Source: Callorhinchus milii
Taxonomy: Eukaryota
Reading direction: 5' to 3'
DNA: 64,000 nucleotides
NCBI RefSeq assembly: GCF_018977255.1
Contig: NW_024704743.1
Span: 55,740,001-55,804,000 of the forward strand
Below, piece after piece: positions 10,671 through 23,784 of this stretch (positions within the stretch are counted from its first letter, which is position 1; the number at the start of each line of letters is the position of its first letter). The notes beneath the pieces are model-generated. The model was not told where the DNA came from. It saw nothing but the letters and a program-made list of their open reading frames with translations, and did not search any database. The position numbers and the translations under genes were made by a program.

Positions 10671-13424
10671 AGTGCCGCTGAGCCAGAAGACTGTGGGTTC
10701 ATATCAAACTTAATGTGTAAAACTTCTTTCCTTAAAGTATCAAAGTGAACTCGATATTCAGAGGTTGCTGGGATCAGGTTTCCTGTTTACTTATTGCTTT
10801 AATTAGCTATTCCCAGATGTGTACCTTGTGTCAGAAACAGTTACAAGATCTCAGTGGATAAATTGCTCTTTACATAATCTCTGCTATGTTGGATGATGGT
10901 TTAGCCCAGTGGCAAGGTGGTTAAGGTGTTAAGTACCTCGACCTTTGACTTGTCGACATTCTTAGGGCATTCCTGTAATCCATCCACTCAAAATATTCAG
11001 GCTGTGAGAACAGGGTAACTTACATAGATTTTTGAAGTATTGCTCCCAGCGCTGTATACTGCACTCAATTAAAATCCAGATGGTTTATAAGGTTTAATTT
11101 GCTATCAAGAAATGCTTCACAATTAAATGCCAATTTTTTTTCTCCAGTTACTGGAATCCTTTTGTTTTAAAATAAGAAATCTGCAAGTCTGTGACACCAA
11201 CTCACAGGACCTCTGGTCCTGTCCCAAATGTGACACACTTCAATTACTGATAGGAGTCCCCAAGACGTTTTTCAGTAAGTTACATTTGAAAACAATGCAG
11301 TAACATTTTATTATGAATTCTGATAGTGTTCAACGTGTGAAATTTGTAAATTTTATGGATTATATTTTTTCCTTTTCTACATACTAATTTGTTGTTCTGT
11401 GAAGAATGACCACTCCAGGTCCTCTCTCTCTGTCTTTCAGTGTCTGGGGAAGCCAAAGGACCCAGTGGCCCAGTCCTGGGTACACTAGCTGGATAAATAA
11501 CCTTCAAATCCTGCTCCATGAGTAAGATAATCTTAGCTAATGCACTTTTCGAGGGGTCATTTTTGGCTGCCTCACTCTCTGAGCTAAGGAGTCAATCAGG
11601 GCTCCCATTCCTGATTCACTATCCATCGATTCCTCTTGAAAACATTTTGGTTCTCCGTGTCATGAGGGAGACTCTGGCATTGTGCAGGACACTGATCACA
11701 AATACAGGTGCCTGTATCTTTTAGAGGTAACAAGTCTTGTCTCTATTATAACGACTGGTGTGTGGAGTAAGGAAACTTGCCCAACATTTTGCCCTACTGG
11801 GAATCGAAGCCAGGTCTCTTGTTTGCAAATCGAGTGCTCTAGCCACTGATCCACAGGACTCACCGTAACATAGTTAAATACACACAGTAGTTTACAGAAA
11901 TCAAAAGTTTATGGCAAGCAGTATGTTCAATATAATGGCCACATTTCATCTGCTGTTTGTGAAATCAATGTAGTAATATATTTGCTTCTAAACATAAGTC
12001 TATTGTGTTTGCATTAATACAGATCCTGATATAAACAGGAGATAAATGATAAATGACCAATTCAAGCCAAGCAGATTACAACAGGTTCACCCTGATGACA
12101 TCACCAGCATGATGCCCATTACTGAACTGGAGCTGCAGTGACTAGATCACAAGATAATAAGATCATGGTCTGGATGAAGAAGGGCCTGCTGATCTCATCC
12201 TCCAGACACACACCTTACCATCCCCTAATCACTGCATCAAGCTGCTTTTTAAATGAGTCCAGTGTCCTGGCCTTAACCACCTTTCCTAGCAACCTGTCCC
12301 AGTCATTGATTACTCTGCATGTTTCTAAACTGCCCCCAAAACAACACTTTCTAACTAAAAATAAGCAACTTCATGAAAATCCTAAAAGCATTTTTGAGCA
12401 TACACATAATTGAGCCCAATACCATATTTTTTTTTTTACAAAAGACATCTATTGAAGCTCTTGGTTAAGCATAACGATGGGTTTTCACTACATCAGTAAC
12501 CCACTGACCAAAACCACCCACTGAACAAAAATACCCACTGTCCAAAAAGACACAGCATATTGTGATGGAGGGATTGTTTTAAATAAAATGGGGTTCACTC
12601 TTACAATGCTCCGCATTCCATATTAGAAAATCAAGATTACCACCAGCACAAACCCTTCCTCCCTCTTCCACAATATTACACTCAAACAACTTGCCTATCA
12701 GGTGACTATCAATGCAATGGAGTGAGCATCAAACTGCACACATCAAAATGCCCTGTTCCCTCGAACGAGATGTATATCTTGGTTGGAGTCGATGCTGGAT
12801 TTCTCCAGTAGGCGGAGTATGAACATCAGCAAACCCAGCTAGAAAAGTATATAATTTACAAATTGCCCTGTATCAGCTGGTTGTTTTGAGGTAATAAAAT
12901 AGGTGCATACTTAAATGCTACAGCTTGATAGAAGAGTGAATTCAGCTGAATTGTCATTTGGGCTGAAAAATGTGACATTTCAACAGATTTGTTGTTAAAA
13001 TTCTCAACATTGAATCTCATAACATGTCAAATTTTCTCACGGTTCCGTAAAGACCGGGTGTAGAACTGAAACAGCCCCTCCCTCTTGAGCACAATGAAGC
13101 GCTCCGAGATGCCATCCGGCATGAAGGGCGCTATATAAATGCAAGTTGTTGCTATAATTTTGTCCTAAGCTTGATTTAAAACAAAAATTTAAAAAAATGT
13201 TTTTTTTTGTTTTTGAGTCACTGTTTGAGTGCTGCATCACAGAATGTTGATCGTCACCTGTTATTAGCTGCACGCAAATGTTGGTGTCCTTGAATCAATA
13301 GGAGTGGAGAGGAGAAATCCTTGAACTTAAGCATATGCTGAGGTCAGGGAACAAATGTTTCCAGGAGCAGTCTGCTAGTCACAATTAGTGCAGTAACTTT
13401 CTGTTTGTGAAATGCTACATTTCA

Positions 13425-13735
13425 GACTATATACCATGTTCTTTGGAAAAAATATTAAACTGAGGTCCCGTCTCGCTGTTCAAGTGAACGTTAAAGCTCT
13501 CTTGGCATTGTTTGAAACGAGAAGACAGTTTCTCCCTGTGTCCTGGCCAACAATCCTCCAAATAAAATTGGTCATTCACTTCATGGTAGTTTGTGAGACA
13601 ATGCTGTGTGCAAATTAGCTGTTGCATTCACCTACAAAATACAGTCACTGCTCAGGAACATCCTGTGAAACAATTTGAGAAGTCCTCCTGATGTGAAAGG
13701 CACTATATCAAATGTAAGGATTATTATTATTATTG
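13425..13735 (+). mobile_element. Deu-domain SINE
   Basis: ttaaactgaggtcccgtc...gtcctggccaacaatcc...L2-type tail. Confidence 0.8.
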
Positions 13736-14493
13736 TCTGGGTGGTAAAATCAATAAATAATTGGATTTTTTTTTGATTGGTCGGTAGTTAAAAAAAAATC
13801 TTTATAACAATGCCTGGTTGGTTGTTGGCTTTTTCCAGTTTCCAGTAAACTGACTGATACTCAAATCGTGTCCTTACAGAAGCTGTTTGAATCCTATGCC
13901 AGTGTACAGCCACCCTCACTGCGGTACTGTAAAAAGCAGCCTGACTCATTTTCATTTAAATAGCAGCTTGATGTGGTGATGGGAGGCAGTAAGTTGATTG
14001 TTCTGGAGGGATGAGATCGAATGGGCCAAAGGGCCTTCTTCCTCCACACCAAAATTGTGATCTATGTATGCAAACAGCTCAGGGCATCTTTTCATTTGAC
14101 ACATGTACTTCATTTAAATATTAAAATATCCTGAATGCTTTTATTTGCTGAATCATGTTCATTTCATTTGGATGAAACCTTTAATGGTTCCTTGTTCCAC
14201 CACCTATAATTTGATAAGGTAGATGGAGTTAAGTGGAATGGGCCACATAGATAGACAGATATTTGGAGAGGTCCCTTTGTGCTATAATGTACTGTGATTG
14301 TAAATGAGTCTGATTCCCATTACATTGTCTACAAGTCACTTTGTGTTGCTGGCAATCACCAAAGTCAAATTTATGAGATATCTGTCCTCACTGCAGATCA
14401 CAGACATATAATGCATTAACTGCTTACGAGAAACTCTTGACATTACTGTATAAGCTGTTCCCATGTACCACAACAGCAAAGCGGGGTTTCCTT

Positions 14494-15040
14494 GGAGCTG
14501 AACTGGCTCCAAGGTGACATACCTGGCAATGTCAGAATCCAGCCAAATCTCTGGCAGTCTCGACAGTCCTGTTCCTGAGCTAGTATTCCAGGCCACTGCT
14601 GATGACAGCGCAGCCAGCCTGAATCATCGGCAGGATCTGGAAGGGCAGATCAGTCACTGGGGGCAGCGAGTCATCCTACTCAGCGCCTGTTAATCCTGCA
14701 AGCCAAAGCCCTAACGGGTAGGTCCTAGCTGGACAAGCAATGGAAAGGCTTGTAGGACAGCAATATTAATAGTAAGCTATGCGGTTAGATTCTAGCAGTA
14801 CCCCAATGCACACTGTGGGGTCCACAAGCCTTGGCTCTTGGCAACCTGCGCCTAATACTTTATGTAATTAGGTAAGCAGGATGTATCCCTCCAGGGAGAG
14901 AGCGCATTCCATTCCAACAATCTATCTCTGGGATTTCCATGTGTAGGTGGGATATATGGAAATCTCATCTTGGTTTGGACGCTCTTAGGTACGGTGATGG
15001 GTTTTGGCATGTGTCAGACACCCGGCTGACCTTAAAAAAA
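14494..15040 (+). repeat. Unclassified ~550 bp interspersed repeat, near full copy
   Basis: Motifs aagccttggctcttgccaacc and ccctccagggagagag...cattccattcca recur in 8 copies in the window; A-rich end. Confidence 0.85.
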
Positions 15041-15959
15041 AGCAATTATTATTAACAATACAAAATTACATTTGTAAAGCACCTTTCACATCGGGAGGAC
15101 GTCTCACGGTGCTGAACAGTCAGGGATTAGGACCCGAGCGAGAGTTGGGGGTGGTGTCTGGGATCAGGGAGGATAGAGAGCAGAAAGGGTAAGTCGGCTT
15201 GAGGGATGAGGCAGTGGCAGTCGGGCAACTTTGCAGAAGTGGGGGAAGGCAGAGCGGGTCATGGCACAGATGTGGGAGAGAAAGGACAGTTGAGGGTCGA
15301 ACAAGATGCCCAGGTTCCTGACTGGCTTGGTGAGGTGCAGTGTGCATCCGTGGACAACATATCACAACCTCATATAACTGAATTCTGATCACATTTAATA
15401 TTCAATATATTAAGTGCTATTTGTGTAGATGTTAAAGTTCCCATAGCACAATTCAAAAAGAGAAGGGAATCTCTCCCAGTGTCCAGTCTCCCTGTCTCCT
15501 TTCAAACAATTTCACAGACAAAATTTATTATTCACTTCAAGGCTATACGATATTGATGTTCACAAATTGACTGCCATGTTTGCCTACAAATACAGTCACT
15601 AGACTAAACAGTAAATCGTTTCAAGTACTTTGAGCCAATATGGCAAAGTAATAAAGAGCTATGTGAACTGCAAGGATTATTACATTTGAGGTTGAGAAAT
15701 TGTGGATAAGGATTCTGCTGTGGTTGTGAGGGAGGGGCATGAGCAAGTAATAATCGGATGTGAGAGACAGCGTGGTCCTACAATGGATTGAATATATGGT
15801 ATAGTTTCTGGTTTAGTGCCTGGCTCAGTCTGTATGAGCAACCAGTCAGATTAATGGAACTAGAGGGCATAGGTCAGAGATGCTGATGAGAGCTGCTGGT
15901 CTCAATTTATTTTACATGACACTACATAGTGCTACAGCTTGGAGCTCAGGATAATACTA

Positions 15960-16269
15960 ATAATAATAATAATCCTTGCATTTGATATAGCGCTTTTCAC
16001 GTCTTCTAGACGTCCCAAAGCGCTTCACAGAATATACTGTAAAGTGAATTGACTGTATATTTGTGGGCAAACGCGGCAGCCAATTGCGCACAGCAGTGTC
16101 CCACAAACAGTCATGGATTGAAAATGACCAATTTATTATTGTTTTTTGGAGGGATTATTATTAGGTGTGTGGAGTAAGGAAACTTGCCCAAGGTTTCGCC
16201 CTGCCTGGAATTGAACTCAGGTCTCTCACTTGCAAAGCGAGTGCTCTAACCACTGAGCTACAGGACTCC
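15960..16269 (-). mobile_element. tRNA-Ala-headed SINE, full length
   Basis: Near-identical reverse complement of the 9693 and 55011 copies. Confidence 0.92.
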
Positions 16270-19200
16270 ATATGATGTTGGGTTGGGCAGGGAATCGGAC
16301 AAAATTGTGATAGCTTTGTACTCAAGCTTGGTTGTGGATAGTGGACAGGCAAAGTCCAGAAAGGAGAAAACCAATGCTGTACTGCTAGGGTACACCACAG
16401 GGAATTCAATATGGGCACAGGAGGAAAGTTTTAGAGTTATTGATGCTTTGAGGTGCATGAGGAGATGAGCGGAGGAGAATGCAACAAAATTAGATTTATA
16501 TAGCGCCTTTCATGTCGGGACGTCCCAAGGCGCTGGATATCAAGTAGGCAGTGAGCTTTGGCAGTAGGTGACAGAATGTCGCTGATGACTTTGACCAAGT
16601 CAGAAATTGTACTGAAAACTGGGCTTTAAACACTAAATGGGGTTGATGACAAGTTGAAGGCTGTTGGGAAGGATGGGCAGGTTAGAGATAGCGTGGTATT
16701 GCGAGAACATGGAACAGTTGTATTTTTGGGAGTCAGTTGGCTGTTTGACACATGAGGAAACCAATCACCATGCTTAAGAGTACCCAAACCAAACTGAAAA
16801 TTCTATGCATCTCACCTGCACATGGAAATTCTCAAGATATTTATTGGAAAAAAATGCGCACTCCTTCCCTAGAGAGACACATCCTGCTTACCTAATTCCC
16901 TAGAATACTAGGCATAGATTGGCAAGAGCAAAGGCTTGGGGACTCCAGAGTGTGTGTTGCAGTCTAACTTGGGACGTCCTCTCGACGTGAAAGGCGCTAT
17001 ACAAATGTAATCTTGTTGTTGAAACTAGGTAAAACTGTATAACTTGCCATTGAGAGGACTGTTTGACAAGCTTTCTTGCTGCTTGTTCAGCTGGGACCAC
17101 ACGATCCCTGAGAGCTTTGGTTTGCAGGGTTAGTGGGAGCTGAATGGGAAGTGTCCCTGTCTCCAGTACAGTGAACAGTTGAGGCTGAGTGTTGGCGGCG
17201 GCTTGGAACAAACAAGAACATTTCCTGAAGTAAGAAGAGGTTGATCAAATCATTGAATAGCAGTATTAATGGTACAAATCACCCATAATTATGGAATATC
17301 ACAAACACCATATTACCTAGTGGTACTTACCACTGTAAGAATGTACCCTTCCTCCTGGATTTATGGTGCAACATTTGATAGATGGACAACATGAACCGCT
17401 TAATTTTTTTTTATCTTTGAAGACTTTAAATGTTGGTCCATGTTCTTACTTCAAGCTTCTCCCCTCTTTTTCCTGAGGCCATGTGAGTTCAGATTGGCAG
17501 CCACTGAAAGCAGTGACATTTCCAGTCCATTGTAATGTTTCCTCAAGTTGGAATCAAACTCATACCAACAAACGTCAGATGTTAGCTTGGTTTTTCTGGC
17601 TTACGTGGAGACACATCTGCTTCACATGTTTAGTGCGTAACTTCATTTGGCACCAGTTCCTATTCTTTTCTTCTCCCTTTTGCGTTCCTAACTGAAACAT
17701 GTCGTTTTTGAGTCTGGATGGTGAGACAATCTGGTTCTGGGACTTATCCAAATGTTCAATTGCTGACTGTGATCAGCTTTTATAGATGGTTGAGGTTTTG
17801 ATTACTGCCACGAATCTTACTTTTCCCAAACCACACCCAAAATAGATCATTCTATCATCTTGTAGTGCAGTGGCTAAGAACTACACATCCTCACCTAAGT
17901 AAAGCCATTGATTAATAGTCTGCAATTCAGAATGCATGGATTTCTCTTCTGGAGTTCTAACAAAGCATTTTATTTGTCCTAACTCTTTCAATGGACTAAA
18001 CATGATATCAGAAAGAGCTATTTGATCCAAAACAAGACACTTTTAACACTGGGATCATTTTTATTCTCATCAGTTCTATTTTGAAAAAGTCAATGACCAA
18101 ATATCTATCCTAGTTCTTAATGGGACTGTTTCACATAGCTATTACTTTATGGAGTGGGGATGAAATACTTCTTGATTTACTTTAACTTTCCACGCCCTGC
18201 CCATCCTCTTCTCTAATTCTTAATGTGAAGAGATGATGGACTTCCTCAGGTCCAAAATTGAGAATATATGCTCTGCTACCTCTGACACCACCACCCCTCC
18301 TCCCCTTCCCCTCCTCCCCTTTTCCTCTAACTTCCACACACTCCCCCCTCCTTACATTCAACCATGTCTCTTCTTCACAGCACTGTCCTATCCTTGTCTC
18401 GCACTTAAATATTCCAGCATCTCCTCTTTGTATTTGCCAATGGCTTATCCTCTTGCATTGTCACATAGGAATATCAGTGGAATATCAGAGTTGAGCTGAT
18501 CTCGACAGTCTGGTTTCTGGGCCAGACAGTTCTTCAAGCACAGTTGATGATGGAGCAGCCACCCTGGCTTGTCACCAGGATATGAAGGAGCAGACCTATC
18601 ACTGGGGGCAGGGAATCTTCCCACTCAGCAGTACAAACGTGGTTTCAACTGGTTTATAGCGGAATAGCTGTTCAAGATGTCAGCCTCGCTGGCTGCTGAA
18701 TGGCTGGCCAGACAGAGACTATCAGCTATGAGCTCATCTGTAAAGCCTGTGATGCATGCCTGGTGCAGTATTTTATTTTTCCACAATTAAAGCTATAACA
18801 GAAATAGCGCTGTGTTCCATCACTCTGTTGAAAGAGAATTGTTGTCTGTCATGGCAAAGAAGAGAGATTAGTTTCATCATGGTCACATTTATTTAGCCTA
18901 AGCTCATTTTGTGGTTAAATTGCAATGCTAACAAACAGATGTCCATCCACAGTCATTTTCTCTGACTGAATGGGCTCATGCTGCAGCTGAAATAATTCTT
19001 GCATCAGTTCATAGTCCATGTGATAGTTGATTATAATAAATGGATCAAATTGCAATCCTAAAAATGTTCTGCGTAAACAAACGTACAACAAAGGTTTTGT
19101 GTAAATCTGTGTTGATGAGATAAATGACTTCCTTTTGCTGTATAAATAACTTTAGGCCATTTTCTCCACCCCCCCACCCCAATATCTATGAGCCAATTCA

Positions 19201-19569
19201 TTCAGAAACCACTGCTTTCTTTTTTTGCATAGAACTAGCTAGCAAGCTCATCACTGATGTGGCTCTTGGAGCTAAATCATAAGCAACATAGGGGGCGCTT
19301 CAACTCAGGCTATAATGCTGATGAGGTGTTTATTTAACATTAACCTACTCTTATGGCTGTTTTTTCAATGCTAATCCTATGACTGTATTTTCAAATATTT
19401 TATTTATTTTTCTCTGGGGCGGAGGAAGAGGGAAATTTATGGCTATTACACTGAAGATACCATTTTGGGATTGGAATTGTATTCTATATATTCCACTGAA
19501 CACCATCAGGTAAGCTATAGCGCATATTAGTTGTCATTGTAACATACCTATACTTTTGTCCATCAGTGT

Positions 19570-19900
19570 GCTTAAAGGTTGTAGGTTCAAGCCTCGTGAA
19601 CTCCAGTGCAGTGCTGAGGTAGAGCTGCATTGATAGAGATGCTACCCTTCAGATGAGACGTTAAACTGAAGATATGTCTGTCTTTTCAGATGGGTATTAA
19701 AGACCCTATGACACTATTCGAAAAGAACAGGGAGTTCCTCCCAGTGTCCTGGCTAACAATCCCCCAGATAAAATTGGCCACTTACTCCATTACTGTTTGC
19801 TGTGTGGAAACCGGCTCCTGCGTCACCCACAAATACAAAGCCATTTGACACATTTTGACAACGTGATAAGGTGTTATACCAAATGCAAGAATTAATATTG
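19570..19900 (+). mobile_element. SacSINE1-like Deu-domain SINE
   Basis: B box ggttcaagcc, gatgagacgttaaac...ctattcgaaaagaacagggagttcc Deu motifs. Confidence 0.8.
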
Positions 19901-22159
19901 ACTGAGCTTTCATTCATCTTCCCCTCTTCACCCCCTTGGCTACCACCCCGAGCTTGTTTTCCAAGCCATTAGTAGTAAGCATCTTGGGATGTGAAAGATA
20001 TTATATAAATGTAAATATGTGTTGTATTATTATTGTTATATTATATAATCTTTATCATTTAATTCACTAAAATGAAATCTCCATTTTCTGCCCCAGTTGA
20101 ATATCAGTCACTATACTGGATATTTCAGTAAGATCTATGATTAAGATCTTTGATTCATAGTTGTTGGTGGAGCCATACTGCATTAGCTTGACAGGGGTGA
20201 CTGCTCAAGTATGAATTACGGCCACTTGAGTGACTCAATAATCTCTGTGAATGAATTTCAGATTAGGAGGACAGTGAAGAAAAATGAAAACAAAAATTGT
20301 GATTTATTCCTGCTCCCCCGAGCAGAACCAATTGTTCAATCCACAATGCCTTGATTACAGCAGTTAAGAAATCAATGTATTTTACATGAATGCAAAATGT
20401 CTTTCTCAGCTGCTCGGTAAGCATGCAGTGATGATGACTTGTGATAACTTGCACAGTTGCACTATTAAGCTCCATCCTGGAATCCCTTCAATTGCCTCCC
20501 CACCTCATTCAAAATCTGTTTCAAGACCTTACCTCTATGACTCAATTTTCAGTCATCTTTCCTCTCCCCATTCCCTTTGCCTCCCAGTTCAGGTACCAGC
20601 CAATAGTATTAAGCCCCTTAGGGCATCCTGTGAAAGGCGATATATAAACATACATTTGTATTCTATTGTGTTGATGCATAAGAATGCACTAAAACTACAG
20701 TATTTGCAAAATGAACAGTTTCAATCCAGTACACATGGTATGAAACACTGAAATCAACTGTATGAATTGCGGCTGTGAGTGCTTCACCTGACAAGATTGC
20801 AAATGAGATAGTAGCAATTGACTGAAGGCTAAAAAGTCCAACACATTTTTACAATTCCATTCTTTGGTGCAATTGACAGGTAATGAGTACCATTTTTACA
20901 TTCTGCTACTCAGAAATTAAGTGGTAACCACGAGTTGTGTGACTCCCAATAACTTTCTGTATGTATTTCTATTTCCAGGTGATCATTTTCCTATAAAGAT
21001 CCGAAGAGAGGGGAAACACAGCTCAAAACCACTGATAGGTAATAGTGAACCAACTGTAACAGTCCGCATTAAAATTAATTAAAATCTAAACTTTTAAAAA
21101 ATATCTATGTAGTAAAAGAATGACACCTAAGGCTATGCTCAGATCTAAGTAGGACACTTAGCAGACCCATGTTATGTAGTCTATTATTTGGTTTTAAAAA
21201 GCAGTCTTTTCTGTTATTTGTATGTGATTGGCAGATAAGGCTGGGCATTGGTTTAGGTTCTGACAGTTGGCTCAGGATGAGACATAAACCTAGTGTATGA
21301 AACGTTGAACAGTTCTCTTATACCTAAACACAGAGCAAGCCTTTGGGCAAAATATGGAATTGTTTTAAGTGGATAAAAGCGATTTGTATACATTACCAAA
21401 AATCAACAAATTGAGAATGCTTCTCAGGTTTATGAAAAAAGTACTTAAGTAATATGGTATAGTGTTGAGTTTTTGTTTGTATGTGAAACTAAAATAGATA
21501 CAGCATCACATGAGCAACACATAGTTTTATTAAGTACTTTTCCATCCTTTACCAGGACAGGAGAGCTGTTCTTTTCTGAAGCAAAGTTAGATAGATTTTA
21601 GCTACATTAGAACGAAAAATACAATCATAAATAACCAACCCAGAAAATAGTCATCCAATTGATGAAAGGTCATGAAGCAATGTCTTGTTGAACTTGTGTT
21701 TTTATTCTGATATACACTGATAAACAATATTTTTCCATGCACGACGTTAGTTCCTCACTTTGATTCCCTCAGCACACATGTGCCTGTGTGTGTGTGCTTG
21801 CGTGTGTCTGTGTGCCTGTGAGTGTGTGCATGGGTGTGGTTGGATGTATAGGAATGTGTCGATGGAGGAACACAAATAAGGAACAGATTCATTGCGGGCT
21901 TCCTCTGCCAATATCACTTCATGCTCGGCACACAGATGTTATTTTTGCTGAATAGTCAGATGGATGGATGAAATGCTACACTCTTTCCCTGAGGTTAAAT
22001 GTAACTTTGCTAATTTCTTTTTCAATGTTTCTTAATCATGGACTCATTCCACGCAAACATGAAATATTTGTGTCGTGTGTGCTTAACGAAACAAGGTTTG
22101 GACACCATTATCTAGAGATTTGTTGAATGAACCACTAAAGTACAATGGTTCATTGAATG

Positions 22160-22370
22160 GACTTTGGAATCAGAGGAGGCAGCAAAGGTCTTACAGAAAA
22201 AGTGTGATAGGGTATGCACGTGGTTTTCTGACTGGGAAATTAAGTTTAATGCAGATAAGGTACTATATGTGGGAAATACATATACGAGGCACACCAAAGA
22301 GGGGTTAGACCTTGCCAAGGAAGAAGCTGGAAGAGATCTGAAGATGATAATTGACTCTCCATGTTTACTG
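22160..22370 (+). mobile_element. CR1 RT fragment
   Basis: ORF 22164-22373 LQKKCDRVCTWFSDWEIKFNADKVLYVG resembles the CR1 RT LQxDLDxLxxWxxxWxMxFNxxK motif. Confidence 0.7.
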
Positions 22371-22915
22371 TGAACCTATGCTAACTGGAAATGTGGTACA
22401 CCTGACCTCTGGCGTTGACTGGTCAGCTTCCTGCACTAAAAAATGTCGGATTTCTGCATCAACAATTCATCGCGGACATCATGTAGGACATGCACATGTC
22501 GTGTGACCTTATACAAATAGTGCTGCTGATGTCTGCATGTCAGCAATGTTTCTTGTGCATAATATCATAAGCAATAGCCAGGAAATGATGTCAGTGATTC
22601 CTGTGCATAACATGTACGCACACAATGCACGGGAAGTGACATTAGAGGCACTTTTTGCACATAGTTCATATGCGCAATTCAGAGGAGAAAACCGCAATAA
22701 TTTTTCCCTGCTTGATTTAGAATGATACTATTAATAACAATAATAATAATATTTGCATTCAATATACAGTAGCATCCTTCCCATTGGAAGGCTATTTCAA
22801 AGCACATCACAATCATATCATATCAATCTTTTATAAAATATTTCAAATTTACCTCCCCATGTCTGTTTTGGTTAATAAATTTCAAACATTTTCTTGAACT
22901 TGATTATTAGCTTTG

Positions 22916-23270
22916 TGGAGTCCTGCAGCTCAGTGGTTAGAACACTTGCCTCGAAAGTGAGAGACTTGGGTTCAATTCCCGGTAGGGTGAAATTAGCAAG
23001 TTTCCTTACTCCATACACCTTTGTTTACCTAGGAGTATGAAGGAACCTGGCTGTTAGTTGATTAGCGAATCGCTTTTCCGGGGCTAATAATTCCCTTAAA
23101 AAAAATTGGTCAACTGGTTGTGGGATGCCTCTGTGTGCAATTGGCTGCTACTTTTCGCCCACAAAATATACAATCAATTCACTTGACAGTATATTCTGTG
23201 AAGCGCTTTGAGAAGATTCAAAGACATGAGAAGGCACTATATCAAATGCAAGGATTATTATTATATTATT
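22916..23270 (+). mobile_element. tRNA-headed SINE, long subfamily
   Basis: tRNA head, middle block and tail present. Confidence 0.88.
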
Positions 23271-23784
23271 TATTACCATTGGAACATTATTTCGAGGAAA
23301 ACGGAACCATCACTCCGCAACTACAAAGCCAAAACATCTGTACTATAACCACATGTCTTGGATTGCACAAGAGCCAGAGAAATGTTTTTGGTTCTGCAGC
23401 AAGCTTTTCACAAATATATATTGTGCAGTGAGATAAAATATTGTTCACTGAAAAGCTGAGGTACAGAAGGGTAATACATACCATGTTTTAGTGTGCATCC
23501 ATTCTATGATATATACCAACCTGCATTTAGAATAGATTAAATTTTCTATTATAATAGAACATTGTATTATAATAATAATGTGTGTCCAAGCTGCGGACAG
23601 GAAGACAGTGGCAATACTCTTATGCATTTCATGCTGAGATGTGTTGTCCACCGGGAAGTTCACAGGAAGTTTCTTGGTATCCACCGTCCACCTAGCGAGG
23701 GCTCAAACCCACGCTTGTTGGATGTTGAATGACCATCTAGTGACTATCCTCTGGGTGGAGGGGGGAGGTAAGCAGTGTCTCCTT

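Larger units (their letters stand above)
3398..14390 (-). pseudogene. Multi-exon gene-like locus with in-frame stops (exons 14324-14390, 13258-13371, 12695-12838, 11385-11488, 11024-11101, 10825-10884, 7732-7788, 5995-6134, 3398-3564)
   Basis: AG/GT boundaries (one GC donor); 5 of 7 internal exons are multiples of 3; spliced frame leading into the open last exon has 11 stops; exons picked by eye. Confidence 0.35.

Noticed and set aside
10825..10884. FIH*DL as a decayed kinase HRD motif (CGA>TGA)
   Set aside because: No DFG, APE or VAIK equivalents, and the spacing to the ICLWCLL segment is too long; likely coincidence
12740..12752. Antizyme-like +1 frameshift at TTT-TGA on - strand
   Set aside because: The +1 frame closes after 11 codons
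11385..12838. Mab-21/cGAS-like reading of an alternative frame (DLEWSFFTEQQI)
   Set aside because: Only loose resemblance; that frame has about 12 stops and no catalytic motif could be identified
17331..17894. Single 564-nt - strand exon
   Set aside because: Six stops in the frame tested; the internal donor at 17820 is more plausible, and no acceptor could be assigned for the 17330 donor
19284..19299. CTCF-like AGGGGGCGCT
   Set aside because: 5' half of the core does not match
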